A DNA stretch of 63,434 bases, filler included, from Choristocarpus tenellus KU-1152 (GCA_964200185.2; 7 parts of 7 records of this genome joined end to end with filler, not necessarily neighbours in it), one strand, 5' to 3'; positions 39,501 through 53,192 are shown, counted from the whole stretch's first letter. Made by a program: numbers and translations. The notes: generated by a model not told the origin, from the sequence alone.

Positions 39501-42500
39501 CCTGTCGGGCATTTCCAATGTTTGGACTGCAGTGGGCCTTACTCTCTCATATGTCAATGCCCTCCACATGGCCTAGAGATGACTGGTATGCATTCTCGTA
39601 TATATCCATCTCTGAAGTCACTAGGAGGACTGATGTGCGACTTCCTGTGTCAGAGTTGTATAGAAACTGTTATTGACTCCATGCTTAAGTATCTGCAAGC
39701 GTCAAGCAGAACTCAGAACGTTAATGAGCGGTTTCCATTCCAACTGCAAATATCAGGGTAGGAAAATTAGAAGTAGCTAATTTTCAAACCTGTGTGTAGC
39801 TATTAAATGTTATCAGACACCCGCATCCCTCAAACAGACGAACAAAAAATGACCCATCAAAACTTTAAATTCTGGGAAGCACTTGCAAAAGAGTCATGGG
39901 GCATGATGCAACTAATGACCTTGGCAAATAGGGACATCGAAATTGTGGAAAGTTATTCTAAAGCTGTATGTAAAAGACAAGCACACAGCACACCACTCCA
40001 CATCAGCCAGATTAGGAGGTCTTCTGTCACTTGACATTGAGGATGAGTAAACATACATATGTGCATCATTCCTATTCATAATGGAGCGGTGCATTATTTG
40101 GACAAAGAGGAATTCGAAATTGTGATTTTTTTTCCATTTGAGGGAGAACTTGACTCTCCGTACAATTTATAGGTGGTTGCCAGCTGCTGTTTGGATTCAA
40201 AATATTACAAGAGGTAATAACCACTTTTTCTAGCACAAGAACACCCAAGTATTCCACGTTCATGCCAACCATTTGTTCCCAAAATGATTATATATCAAGC
40301 TGTGAGCTTGCTGGATATCCCGTTACAATCAAAAGCAAAATTGCAACACCCTCGGATTGATCTGCTCAGTTTCTCTTGCAAACCACAACTTCCGGCAAAT
40401 CAGTCCAGGTTATGCAGTAGCTAGGCAGCAGTGGAAGCAATGTTTCTCCAGGGTGGGCCCACATTTTTTCGAATGCATGATATGTGCACTATAATCAGAA
40501 CTATGGTGACACTATCAAGCCACCGCAAATATATGGGGTTGATTTGTAGGCAAGCAATTGCCAAAAATTATCACTTTTATGAATCATGTGAAGGCACGAT
40601 CCTCATGCACCTCAATGAAGATTTTCAAAAGTTGCAATTGAAGTGACTGCAGTTGGGTTAAATTCTAATGTACACAAACCGTGTAAGAGTTGTGTCTCAA
40701 CATTGAGTAATTAGGCCATTTTACTCAATGTTTCAAGAACTGTTGCAAGCCTCAAGTCTGTTGATTCATCAAGGGGGAAACAAGAATATGGTAACTGTTG
40801 ATAGCTGGCAATTGTGCTCTGACCATATATGAGTTGAAACCATTCCATCTCAAGAAACAACCAAAGAAGCTGATTTTGAACTGCTTTTCCAACGAATTTC
40901 GTTTATGTTTCTCCCCCCAGTATTGTCTGGAAAATACCAGCAGGCATACTCTTTAGTAAGATTATAGCCCTTTTTCATTTTCATTATTTTATAGTTCGAC
41001 TATTTTTACAACTTCTAGTACTATTTTAGTGAGGTCGTGGGGATGTTTTTAATCACACGTTTCACTTTTTTTGTGGAGGGCAGGATTGCCGACTATGCTT
41101 TTGCGTGTACTACCTTAACTTAGCGACTAAATATTACAGAGACCCTAACTAAAAATGACCACAAGGTATCTGGGGTCCTAATTGCACAGTGGCGACCGTT
41201 GCAATCTCTTCAAAATTTTCAAGAACAGATAACAGTGGTTAACTTGAAACCATTTTTACGTGAAAAATGCATGTTTTTTTCTTTAATGTGTCTAGTGACA
41301 TTTTTTTCAGATGTGTCATTGAAGGGCGAAGACCAAAATAATCAAGGAAAAATAAAACTCCTGCAACAATAGCTATCTTTTCCAATAGACTTCTTAATCT
41401 GTACTAGATATACAGCAAAACCAGGTGTGGCTTTGTTCCTTTTGAAAAGATGCTCACACTGCTATCCTCCTAACCCAACCCTATGGTGGTGAAGGAACTA
41501 GGGAAGAATTACAATATGTAATTCCCCTTCTTGCCGCCGGCCTGGTGTTTCCAAACTTGAAGTGCTTGACTCACCTCGACAGAGTCATCTATGCAGTTAC
41601 TGAAACTATCTTGATCAAGTCTTGATAGCCCCTTTCCTACTGCAACACCCCCAAGCCTCTCTCCCAAACTGCATGTGTGATCCACCCCATCGAGGAAACT
41701 CTCTTTCTCTTCAAAAGTTACAGAGATAAAAGGGAAGGAGGGTGGAATAATGACAGGAACAGGTGTCTACCACGTCGTATCTACTGATATCTAAACATAT
41801 GTTGAAACGGTTAATTACAGTAAAAGTTAAAGTTCCAATTCAGTTGGAAAAGATTGCGCCAGCCGGGAATCGAACCCAGGCCACGTGAATGGCAATCACG
41901 TATTCTACCACTGAACTACTGGCGCTGTTGGATAGAAATAATGTATTGTGGGAAACTACTTCTACTGTCATGCACACTTGATTTGTGGTGATTGCCTTGA
42001 TGGTTTCGGATTAAATCGGAGATAGTCCATATGTATATGTTAGGGGTCCACGGATCGGAATGATGGTGTAAGTGGTGCCATCGATGTATGAATAACTCGC
42101 CTGCATTCATAGGGTTAGGATGGAATTATTGACATGCACATTACTAGAGAACTATCTCTAATGGAGCATAGTTGTATTGTTAGTTTTCATACATTAAATA
42201 GCTTCCCCTATTATTATATACCCATTTAGAAATACAACGATCGCTCGCATCTGCGAGCTGCCCATTTCTAGTATTTTTTCATCTCCAGTGTGTCTACAAC
42301 TATTGTATCCTCAATAGTTTTTCTTGTTATATTGTGTTCTTCAGTGAATGTGAAAAATATACCTTCAAAACTATTTTCTATTTGGATACCAGCTATACTA
42401 CCACACTCCTTAAGGGTTGATACCCCCTAAATGGAAAACGTAGAAACTAGAGCAGAAGGTAGTCCACATAGTTTTGTTCAGATTGCCCCACGCAATATGT

Positions 42501-44488
42501 GATGAATTCATCATACCGTTATTAGTTTCTTAGGAATTTTACAATGGTCTGGTGGATTTCCCCTAAATTAGTTGTTATGCCCTCTGATATTTTACAGATG
42601 TATTATGGAAAAAGACCAAGCCAATATCACAAAGACCCGTGTTATTAGAGATATATCAACTAAGAGGGGGGTGTTGTTGAGTTTGTAAGGGCCCCTATGA
42701 CTACTACCTTCTGTACATATGTTTGAGCACTGTGGAGGGTGTGTTTGGCTAATGATACATACACAGCTTATCTTCTCCCCCACACCCACACACTCCTAAG
42801 AGGGCTCAATTGCAGGCATGGGCATCATGATTATTGCATAAGGTTGAAAAATATCTTCAGACCCAACACAGCCATTATCAACCTCCCCCTTTGATGACTT
42901 CACTTTTAATCTGACTACCAGTTGGGGAAAAGTGCAATATATTTATTTATTTATTTTTGATTGGACAGTAACTGTATGGTAGTAGTAGTAGAAAAACCAG
43001 ACAACACAGGAGCCAGGCATCTAAGTGAAAAGTAGTTTATTTTCTGTGCCAATCATTTCTCACTTTTTATCCTTCCCAAGTCAGAAAAAAACTAACATTG
43101 CCTCGTAACTTTAAACACCTGAAGTGTTCTTGCTCAAACCTTTTTTATTGGGATTGTGGTTAGGCTGTGTGCGAAATTTGTCTTGCCTCATGTTGACCTG
43201 CTTCCTTATCTGTTTTTTTATGCATTGGGCATTACCCTTCAATTGTTTTCCGATTCTTGTCCTGGTTAGTTTGTGCTTTTGACTCATCTGCAAAACAATC
43301 ATAAATTGCAGAGTGATTTAGACCAGTGAGGCAAGAGGGTTGTTTGCATTTTTATGCCAAAGATGGTTATACAAGTCCAACATGTTTTTTGTGCTGGAGG
43401 AGGCGAAATCCTATGGTTGCTAGTTTGTGAACACCTGGATACTTCATGGACCATGGGGTCATGATAACATTGAACTCTAATGCTTCGAAATATTAGATAA
43501 GATGATGTGCAGAAAGAGGTATTTATTTTAGATAGTGGTACATGGTGGTATATATCCTGTAGACAAAATACTTAGTACACTGCACTGATATGATATCGCC
43601 TAAAAGACTCAATTATCCAAGCTGATGTTAATATTCTACTGTTGTGCTCAAAACTGTTCATATGAGGGGAAACCTCTGGCTGGGTATTGAACTCAGGTCA
43701 CATAAATGGTATGTACTAGTCATATTCTTTGCCCCTGAACTATTGGCACAAGAATAATGATGCCACTATGTATGCAATCGGTGTTTGTTGACACTTCGAA
43801 GTAGTATACATGGTATCATGTGTATCGGTCCAACCTTTGGACTTCAATATGTCCACTCCTCAACATACCTATAATACGGGAGAGCCCAATCCCTCTTGAT
43901 CTCTGAGTGTCTAGGGCGTCAAAGTATCTGTACATAGTGATGAGTGAACACACCATAATCTTTTTGAAAATGTGGGGCGGTATCAGGTTTAGGTGCCAAG
44001 GTTATGGTACATAGCATGTCTTGTAGGATCAGTGAGGTGAGAAAGTCACACAGAGACGTATTTCCCTTGTCATAACCCAGAAAATCTTTGTATCGTGGTA
44101 GGTATACAGTGTAACAAAATGAACACTCAACAAAAAAGGTGTGGAGAAAAACCTATTCATTGTGTCTCGTCTCTTAGCTACCATATCCTTGTCAGCTGCC
44201 ACCATGCAACACCCTCCTGAATGGTCTTGTAATGGGAACAGAGCTGGGGTGATGCACAGGTCAACATATTGTCATTCTACTGCCACCAGATTGGCATCTG
44301 CTAGCACCACTTGTCTGCTAGAGTTGTGACCTCACCTACATATCCATGCCCACCCATCCTCACTCAGGTGTACCCCCCACCAGTAACATCAATGCCAATT
44401 ATTGGGGGACGAGGTGGACCTCCTCCCAAGTGTGCTGTTCGAGGGATGAGTCTGGCTGTGTGCCAAGGCGAATGTTTTGGTCTTCTAG
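30508..44488 (+). CDS. ABCA: Partial ABC transporter subfamily A gene (second exocytoplasmic domain, TMD2, start of NBD2); exons 30508-30911, 31369-31501, 32261-32383, 33106-33237, 34155-34340, 34475-34567, 35143-35268, 36053-36280, 44368-44488
   Basis: Phase-consistent GT-AG exons give ABCA hallmarks: FNTSAPHALP, NHPLP, FVVRERVCKSKRVQLVSG..LWAATYVWD, YGASSLPLAYLYSFAF, FPPYLLGDGL, DEDQDVKEER, LIRDLSKVYP, AVRGMSLAVCQGECFGLLG. The rest of Walker A would be in the next exon, which I did not find before the gap at 45910. Confidence 0.92.
35277..35413. repeat. 60-bp tandem duplication plus an extra 17-bp copy
   Basis: ccattatcagccatgctccctttgttgaagactaggattacgcaagtgtgatcatct occurs twice with period 60. 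Confidence 0.93.
37760..38021. mobile_element. MITE family B, reverse orientation
   Basis: Both TIRs; flanks GCT(G). Confidence 0.87.
38970..39039 (-). pseudogene. Decayed tRNA-Gly copy
   Basis: Colinear with 41855-41925. Acceptor ends and B box are retained, the anticodon reads GCT, and the D and anticodon arms are disrupted. Confidence 0.75.
41461..41715 (-). mobile_element. RLE non-LTR 3' remnant in an ABCA intron
   Basis: Reverse complement aligns to the family 3' end and finishes TAGGGTTGGGTTAGG. Confidence 0.6.
41855..41925 (-). tRNA. tRNA-Gly(GCC)
   Basis: Minus strand reads GCGCCAG TA GTTC AGTGGTA GAAT A CGTGA TT GCC AT TCACG TGGC CTGGG TTCGATT CCCGG CTGGCGC A. Acceptor and anticodon stems pair perfectly, A and B boxes are present, and a TTTT run follows 3 nt downstream. 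Confidence 0.95.
43674..43749 (-). pseudogene. Highly decayed tRNA-Gly copy
   Basis: ggctgggtattgaactcaggtcac...tattct...ctgaactattggcac aligns to the tRNA-Gly at 41855-41925. Confidence 0.55.
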
Positions 44489-44895
44489 GTGTGGCATGCA
44501 TTATTCTTACACATTTGACTGATTTGTTTGTGTGCTAAGTGGAAAAAATAAGGGAAAAAAATTCTGACTTCATTTTTTGACGACCAACTTGTCAAATAGT
44601 TTATCAAAAGTCGTTCTAATGCATCATAGTATCTCAGATTCACACATAGTAAGGTAACACACACACTCGAATTTACATTATGTGCACAGAAAATGCACCC
44701 TCTCACTTCCAACAAATGAATGTGTTAGGGCTTAAGAAATCTTGCAAATGGTTATAATAATGAAAGAGGATCCTCAGTTCTGTCAGTACAGTCATTTTGC
44801 ATTAGAACAGCACTGCAGGCTCGACTACAGCATTGTACAGTCCTCTGTATTACTCTAAGCAGTCTTCCTTTTGGTCGATGCTGAGAGTAGGTTGT

Positions 44896-45162
44896 GAGTG
44901 AAAGTATCTTAGGGTTAGGGTACGAATTTTACCCTGTTTGTCCGTTTGGGGCTTGGCTTCCCAAAGTTTTTTTTTAATGATATTTAACCTACTCCAAAAC
45001 ATTTTGGAGTAGTTAAAACATGTGCATTTATTAAAAGGAGTGTCTGGAACAAGGATGGTAACACTTACTAACAAACACGATAGTCAAAATTTTATCAAAT
45101 CCACAACATTGGATTTTGGCTCCCAAACGGACACGGCTCTACTCTCTAAGGTACTTTGACTC
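44896..45162. mobile_element. MITE family B, reverse orientation
   Basis: Both TIRs; flanks TTGT/TTGC. Confidence 0.87.
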
Positions 45163-46009
45163 TTGCCTCTGTCAAATGATAGAGGCTTGGTGTATGGTGG
45201 AGTACACACAGCAATGATGAATTTCGTATTGCCAAGACAGGCATACATACCTGTATGATGAGGGTTTAACTGTAGGAAACATGGTGAAGGGGAGCATTTA
45301 CAGTAGAGCGTACCAATTGGCTAGTTTGCTTGATAATATGAGTTGATAGGACGTACCTTGTTTTTTCACACGTAATTGAAGGAGTTGTTGTCAAAGGGGC
45401 CCAAACAAACTCAACCCAACCAGCAATGTTTGATAACTGATTGTGCGATGCAGTACTCACTAAAATATTTCATCTGCACATCTTTAAACTGTAAAGGCTC
45501 AGAGGCTGTTTAGTGAAATGGAACTCCGGGAGGAGAGGTGATTCCCCTCATTCCTCCTATGATCTCGGCATGCGTACAGAATATATCATAGGAGGACTTG
45601 TGAACTCCTCTCCACACCATTCGGCAGAGTATTTCTCCTGCAGAAGATGTCATGATGATGCTACCAATTGGACACATTTCTGTATGGAAATCATACTGCC
45701 TCCAAGTACAAGGCACAAAAATTCAAATCTACAAGGAGCAAACTCTGCCGTATAGATAGCCACTGCCTCCGTCTTAACCCACTATGTTGCCTTTCGGACC
45801 AGCCCTCTACCTTATGTCAGGCTGTGTATATTCCATGTGGGACGACAATCCAAATCTCCCCCGCATAACCCAACCATAAGTTGAGCGGCATGACTGGTGC
45901 AGGCAAGTANNNNNNNNNNNNNNNNNNNNNNNNNNNNNNNNNNNNNNNNNNNNTTAATTAATTAANNNNNNNNNNNNNNNNNNNNNNNNNNNNNNNNNNN
46001 NNNNNNNNN

Positions 46010-46095
46010 CCAAACCTTACAAAAAAAGTCAAAACCGAAAAATGGGTGAAAAAAAAACGGACGCCGACACCCCCCCCCCCCAGATACTTTGACCC
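46010..46095. mobile_element. MITE family A2 end (family A TIR, different interior)
   Basis: aaaaaacggacgccg...cccagatactttgaccc also occurs at 54684-54736. Confidence 0.65.
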
Positions 46096-48559
46096 TGTAC
46101 GTGCTTCTAGCACTCTGAAGGGCGTTATTTGTCTTCCCTGTTGCAACCACAATCTCCCGAGGCGATTTATCTGTATTTTCTCCGTTTTTGCATTTAGGCA
46201 TGATGTGTATGGGCGGCCTTAGAAACCCAATACATTCTAAAATGTCCAGTCCTCCCTCAAACGATAAGATGGTTCATCTATTAGTCCATTATTGGTGCAA
46301 GACGTAATGATACAGAAACAACCTTGAAGTAAGATGCGCAATTCATCAGTTTTTCTTAGGGTTAGGGTTATAATATCAGTAAAAAAGAGGCAATTTTTGT
46401 GTTCACGGTCCAGTTCTCAACTCTTCTTGTGCCCTGTGGTGATTATCACTAATAATACACTACTGCAACGTGTGGTGTAGGGAGGATCAATTATTCACAA
46501 TTGAGGGTTGGGTGAAACCTCGTAAGTTTTTGGAACTGAAATATGAATTGGGGACCATGTTGACGACCTCGACGAGTTGATTCCAAATCCGGTCTTAAAA
46601 TTCGTCCTGTTCTGTTGAGAAAGTGAGACATTTTGGGACGTAGTGAGTGCTTCAGAATCATCCCAAAATGGTGTCATATTGATTGAAATGATGTCAAGTC
46701 GGTCAGAATCCAAGACATCGGTTTATGCTTGCTACCTTGGATAATGTGAGAAACATCTTTCACTTCCAAGAATGAACTGTTAGTATATGTGAAAGGTGCT
46801 GATCGAAAACATTATTAGGTACCTGTATGTATGGATGCACAGGTCGAACCAGAGAGCCCATGCCTCCCCGTTCCAGAGTTCGAAACGAGTTGCTACACCA
46901 ACATTACCACAGAGCGGCACAGGACAGCTGTTAAAGCAAAATGTTGGACCTCATTTCCTTGAGGAGCGCTTGATTTTCCTGTAGAAAATTTGTTTCTACC
47001 TCGTATTTATAGTAATCTTTTCAGCACCCATCGCAAAAGGAATATGATTAGTGGTTCAGTTTTTCATATACTACTATCATATACTACTATAACTTAAGAA
47101 AAAAATGATCCAACAATCTCCACATCGATGACACAAGTCTTCACCACTATTCTTTGCCAATTCTTGGAATTTCAATTTTCCAAAAGAAGAGGGTCGTCAT
47201 TTGTCTCTAGACGAGGTCGAACCAAAATTTGGGTCGACCTTGACCTTTCCAACCATACTTTACTTCTTAGTCGATGTGTAACACGTAAAAACGCTCCTAT
47301 ATACTCTGTACATATTATCGTCAATCACTAGTAGTTAAGAAAGTGAAGGGTACGTCGTTAATATTTTGTCTGAAGACCGTATCCAACAATAAAAACTGCC
47401 GTGTCTCATATATTTTTGTAAATATTTATTACTAAAAGAACCAAATTACCGGTTACCACTGCGTATCAACCGAGGATAGTGAAAGCAATCAACTGCTCAC
47501 CTGACGGGGGGTCTCGAGTCTCAATACAAGCACAACAGCTCATGTCGCAGCAAATACGTTACCAACCGTGTATGAAACAAAAATCACCAAACAACGCAGC
47601 AAACAAATAACCCCCGCATTATTTCCTAGTGCGATTATATGGATTGCCGTCTACTGCTACATAGTACATGCTGCACACACAGATACTCAAAACTCCGGTT
47701 GATTCTAAGGGGGGGGGGGTTCATTATTGCTCAACAACAAAGGAAGAGTTTCCAAGAATAAGAACCCTAACCCTAACTCATATTCAAATCAAACAGCAGT
47801 TGATATCCTTGCCCCCTACCACGCACACCATCAATTCATTCTTTGATTAAGAATCCGCAGTTTGTTGACCAGTAACAACAATACCGAAAGTCGTTGTCTA
47901 CACACACACCAGGCGTTAACAAACATCCCACTTTCGAGCAACAATGACATCAAATATGCGTACCACCACTGGCGATGCAGTAAGGGACTGTGGTCTGCTA
48001 CCAATATCCATTCCAGCCGAGAGTGAATGACAGTCTTGTCTACAATAAAAATGCAGCCAACTAGTGGCATTAGAATACTTCTACTGACGGGAAAAAGTGG
48101 AGAGAGCAAGAGCACTCACTGCTCCTTTTTCACCATGTGCCGCCATCTCCTCATTCCAACTTGTTACCAGCCCATAGGAAGGAGTACTACTACTGCCGTA
48201 CTGTATATTGCAACAACAACCAAAGTTCGGGATCATCACACCACTTAGTCGCGTCCCTTGCCCCCTCTCTCCTCGTGAAGTCAAGGTGAAAGTAAAATAA
48301 GGCGTAACACACAATAATAGTAGTGCCGATAATCGACACCACTAGGGGCATGACTATAAAAATAATCATAGCTATTCAGCAACAACAGATAGTTGAAATA
48401 AGTAGAGTCCATCATGCCTCATTGATTGACACAGGGACAGGAGTCATCACGGTCAAATTGTGAACCTGTACACTGGGACACACATATGCACAGCACTTGC
48501 TCATACACAAGTGCATGTAAACAACTTAGCGAAAAAGCTAACTACAACAAGGACGTCAT

Positions 48560-48910
48560 TTAGGGTACAGTGTTGCCAAGGAGACATCGACCAATCAGCA
48601 GGTGGGGGATCAAAAGGCGTAGACTGAGCTAAGATCCGCAGGCATGCAGCCACCCCACCCACAGTTGAGCACATATTCTCAGGCGCTGCCACCCCGCCCC
48701 CCCTTGCTCTTCAAAATCAACCTGCTCCTTTCCTCTCTACCCATCCTTCTTGACTGATACATATCCAACAAACTTCCATCAAGCATCCTTCCCCTCACAC
48801 CCTCCTTTCAAAAACAATCATGTAAAATCCACAACGGATCATCTGCTCTTTGAATCTATCGCCTATTCTTGTAATCGTGAAACCACTCCATACTCCCTCT
48901 CTTCCATCCC
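48560..48910 (-). pseudogene. Possible decayed fragment resembling the CPSF160/DDB1/SF3B3 C-terminal region
   Basis: EYGVVSRLQE* ... PLWILHDCF*...RMLDGSLLDMY resembles the LQ...H..FR...LDGDLL pattern; stops and frameshifts; motif memory only. Confidence 0.28.
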
Positions 48911-49026
48911 TTCACTTGCCCAGCACCTTGTTCACCCTCTAGTCCACCCTCCCCCTCCCCCTCCCATTACGTAGTCCTTACATCATCAGTAAGTTCTTCA
49001 ACATACATTTACAACTCCGCAAGCAC

Positions 49027-49073
<47 letters not shown>

Positions 49074-49288
49074 CAACACCACACACAAAACAAAAAAAAA
49101 AAAAAANNNNNNNNNNNNNNNNNNNNNNNNNNNNNNNNNNNNNNNNNNNNTTAATTAATTAANNNNNNNNNNNNNNNNNNNNNNNNNNNNNNNNNNNNNN
49201 NNNNNNCTCATCGCTAGTAGTCTACGCATTTTACCTACATGTACGATGCATTCGATTCAGTTTTCAACATGTCCACTACTATACTACA

Positions 49289-49970
49289 GAGTCAAAGTAA
49301 ACGAGAGGTATCTAGGGTTACATTTTAATGATGCAGACATATGAGCGGAATTGGACTTTTTATACAAATGCGTATTGTGAATCGTGTGATTCTGTGGTGG
49401 TGTGGTTCACTTAGGCAAAGGCGGCGAAGAGAATCACTGGGCAAGACGGACCAGACGAACAAAGACAAACTGTATCCGAGGGTACGAGGTTATGGTTGGA
49501 CAAGTGCAAATTGAGGAGTGATGAGCATCTTCAAAGATGGGGCTTCATCACCACATGTCAAGACGTGAGAACAAAGTGGATCTTTCATGTGTGACAACTC
49601 TGAATGAAGAACTGTCCCAAGTCTGTGGGATTGGTCTCGTGAAGAGATTCCATGGTTTAATTCTGACGGAAGGTCCGCGAGTGGAATCATGGATGCTTAA
49701 CAAGGAACCTAAATCGGTACAACGGTAGAACAGTTACAACGGTACATGGTATACGGCAATAACGGTATAACAACAGACAAATATGCTTTCCACGGTATAT
49801 AGACCTTTCTGAATTCTGTCGACATTTTTCAAAGAAGAGATAGAGAAATCAACGCCCTCAAGTCAATCTTAGCACTTCACAGAGAAATAAGGGTTAAATG
49901 CAAAATATGAAAAAGGTGGCTTAAAGTGCAAAACGACCAAAACCTGGGTGCCTCTATTTTGCTTTGCCTC
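49289..49970. mobile_element. MITE family C with an inserted solo LTR
   Basis: Both TIRs; the interior resumes after 49798. Confidence 0.82.
49376..49794. mobile_element. Solo LTR-like element, family L1, inserted in a family C MITE
   Basis: TGTGAA...TTCCAC(G) ends with a GTAT duplication on both sides; second copy at 62711-63051. Confidence 0.7.
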
Positions 49971-51732
49971 ACAACGTTGAAAACTAGTAATACAACAATG
50001 GCTTAACTTTTTTTAGGGAACATTAACAAGGAGACATCGTTGTATTGTTAATTTTATTCGTAGTTTTATAGCAGTGTACAAACAACTACTTTATAATAGT
50101 GAGCAACCTACTAAGGGGACATGGTTGTAAGATGTCTTGGCATTGACAATTGTTGTGTTGACAGTAGGGTACTCCTTGTAAAAAGGTTTTGTTTTTGCTC
50201 TTCTCTGACACATCCAAAAAAGTGACATAATATTATGTAGTAGTTAACTATAGGGAACACACACCCCAACGAGGAAACAAATCATTCTGAACGTTTTAAA
50301 TTGGGATTTAGGTTTCTCGGAAGGAAGGTATGACAAATAAACCACTATTGACAGCATGTTATACAGAATTATTTGTACCACTAGGTGTGAACACGTGGTG
50401 ATGACATACCACTCCGTCGATTAAGGTTGTTTTGGTCTTTGTCTTGTCCCTCCTCTGAGCACGTAAGGAAATGTGACCGGACGTAACATATATGTTCAAG
50501 TCGGCGGTAAAACGGGAAATATATGGAATAGTAGTCGACCAACCTTTGAAACCTGGATGGTATCGTTCGATTTTTGCGAGGGATTTGAACAAGGACATTA
50601 AAGCAGCACGCTAGGATCTGATCTTACCAAATCCTCAAGAACTATGTATACATGATTCTTACCCTTCTCTAAAAAAAAGAGCACACATGAAATATATCCA
50701 GATTTCCATAGGAATACAAATACGTAACCCTGACCTAACCCAATCAAGCAGTAATATTAAATTAATAAAAGAATGAAAGTATCGTAGAGAGTACGAGATT
50801 TGCCCTGTTTGTCGGTTTGGGACCTGACATATTTTGGCGATCCACGACTTACTATGAAATTTCTCGGTGTTTGGTGTTTCGAAGTAGGTAAATTGTATGC
50901 GAATTTCTATTTTAAAGCGATTTTTTCGTCCTTTCTCTTTTCTAGAGTTGGTGAAGTGTAGAAGGAATTATGGTGTCAAATGTTTTTTTTTGCGATCAAT
51001 TGATGGAGCAAGTGTGGGTGGGTGGTGGTCTAAAATTCGAAACATTCACCCCTTGGCATTAAAAGTTATTGAGACGTTGGACGCTCCCGCCACAAGCGGT
51101 ATGCACAGACACCGTTAGGTACCTGTGGAGACATCTGAGTACTCTCCAGTTGATAATTCTACCTCCCAAGCTTTTCAACATACACAAGGCCTCCTATCCA
51201 TCATTCTCTTTCTACACCTGTATTGTAGCTCTCTTCTTCAGGACTTCACAAAAGGAATCGATTAACTATATTTCGAAAATTCATACCTCGTGGAAGGGAT
51301 ACGCACCTAGTCTCCCTTGATCAAGGAAGTATGATCTTTTCGGACTTCTTTTTTGTCAGTTGTATGACAATCTAACCCTAATCAACGAAAGAACAACCGC
51401 CTAGTGAATATTGTACCCCTAGAAGATATTTTATATATTGGGGTTCTAAACAGGCGAGTGTTCCTTTTCCTCGGAAAGGGGATTTTTTCTCTCTTCACAT
51501 ATATATTGAAATTTAAATATGTCTGCGACGACGTTGAAATAGAACAGACTTACAAATGTATGTAGATATATATATACAACTCTCCATCCTCTATTACTTC
51601 ATTTGTGCGACAGGGTCAAAACGTGGAGTTTGCATCTTTTTTCATATTTGCATATTTGAAGAATTATATTATAGTTCATAACAAAAAATCTTTCGACAAA
51701 CCACATATGCGACCAACCCCCACACTCGTTCA

Positions 51733-51875
51733 GAGCCGAAGTAGCTTAGAGGTAGAGCCGTGTCCGTTTGGAGGCCAAAATCGAATGTTGCGGTTGTAGT
51801 GTAATTTTGGCTATCATGTTTGTGAGGAATTGCCCATATCCTTGTTCCGGACACACCTTTTCATAACATAACGTA
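51733..51875. mobile_element. MITE family B, left half
   Basis: Aligns to 18897-19040. Confidence 0.75.
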
Positions 51876-53192
51876 TGAGGCTCGTAACCTGTTGAAACCT
51901 GAATCGAATGTATCGTACATGTAAGCAAAATGTGTAGACTACTAGAGATGAGGAATCATGGTGTTGCAAAGCACCGATAAGTGATATGCGTAGTCTATGT
52001 TATGGATAGGTGTGATTGTGCTGCAAAGCACCGATTTATTTATTCTGTTGTAACTGAGGTCATTGATCTCTCACTCAAGAATGATGCGATGTGAATTCAG
52101 TGCTCTTGGTTGCTCAATCCAGAACGATGTGATGTGAATTCAGTGTTCTTTCATGTGATACTCAACGAAAGAAGTCCATGCTCTGTGGAGAGGCNNNNNN
52201 NNNNGTTTTAACTCTGATTATATTACACCCATGTGTGTGTTTGATACACAGTTTGCAGAGTGGCGTTGTTGCAATTTGAGGCATCAATGGTAGTCACGAA
52301 CGAAATAATAATCAACCATCAATGTACAACTGTCATCTTCTGCTGATAAGAAGAAAGTGTTAAAACATAGGCTACTCATTTGTTTCTTGTTGATATGTTA
52401 CACGTACTACCAGCTTGTACTGACTGTTGATTGGTGCACAGCACTGGTTGTTAGTGTTCATTTATTTATTGCGCATTCCAACTCATCACCACATCGATGA
52501 CAGTAGATACGCCATCCAAGTTACTTCGGAACTTGCATCAAGTGAGTTCCACTGTTACCTTGTGTTCCCCNNNNNNNNNNNNNNNNNNNNNNNNNNNNNN
52601 NNNNNNNNNNNNNNTTAATTAATTAANNNNNNNNNNNNNNNNNNNNNNNNNNNNNNNNNNNNNNNNNNNNCAAAACCATCCTCAATAGTACGCTCCATCC
52701 TCAATTTTTTTAATCTACTGATCTTACTATTGTTCCCCTAAAAGGGCTAAGAGGAGAACAAGGGTGTTGAGGCCAAGGAAGTGGAGCAGGCAGCAGCAAC
52801 TTGTGATAATGAACGTGCGGCTACATCAGATGGTTCTGATGTGACTGATGGGAGGAAAACGCCTCAACACTGGGTGTTGCAGCAACTGGTCTTATGCTTA
52901 CGTCATGTGTGGTGATACAAGCATATAGCATAGTATGCAGTCTCATGTATGTATGTTTATGTTTAGTTCGGTACAATCAGAGTAGTATCATACATAGCGG
53001 TATGATGAGTCAGGTTTTGTGCATGTCAGGTAATGGCTGAACTAAGACAGGATCAGATAGGATAATTAATTATCAATGTATGTTTACCATGTAACCCACC
53101 AGCAGCTCATGGCGACAAGCCTTTCCTGTGCAAAGCTACTTTAACACTAGGTATTTATACACCTCTCACTTTTCTTATATATGTACCGGTGA

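Noticed and set aside
49028-49106. Long poly(C) and poly(A) runs as a G-quadruplex or retro-tail
   Set aside because: At a contig end and probably low-quality sequence.
50410-50615. Two possible small minus-strand exons (..RYHPGFK|EEGQDKDQNNLNRRS)
   Set aside because: Splice sites are plausible, but there is no recognisable homology or extendable gene model.
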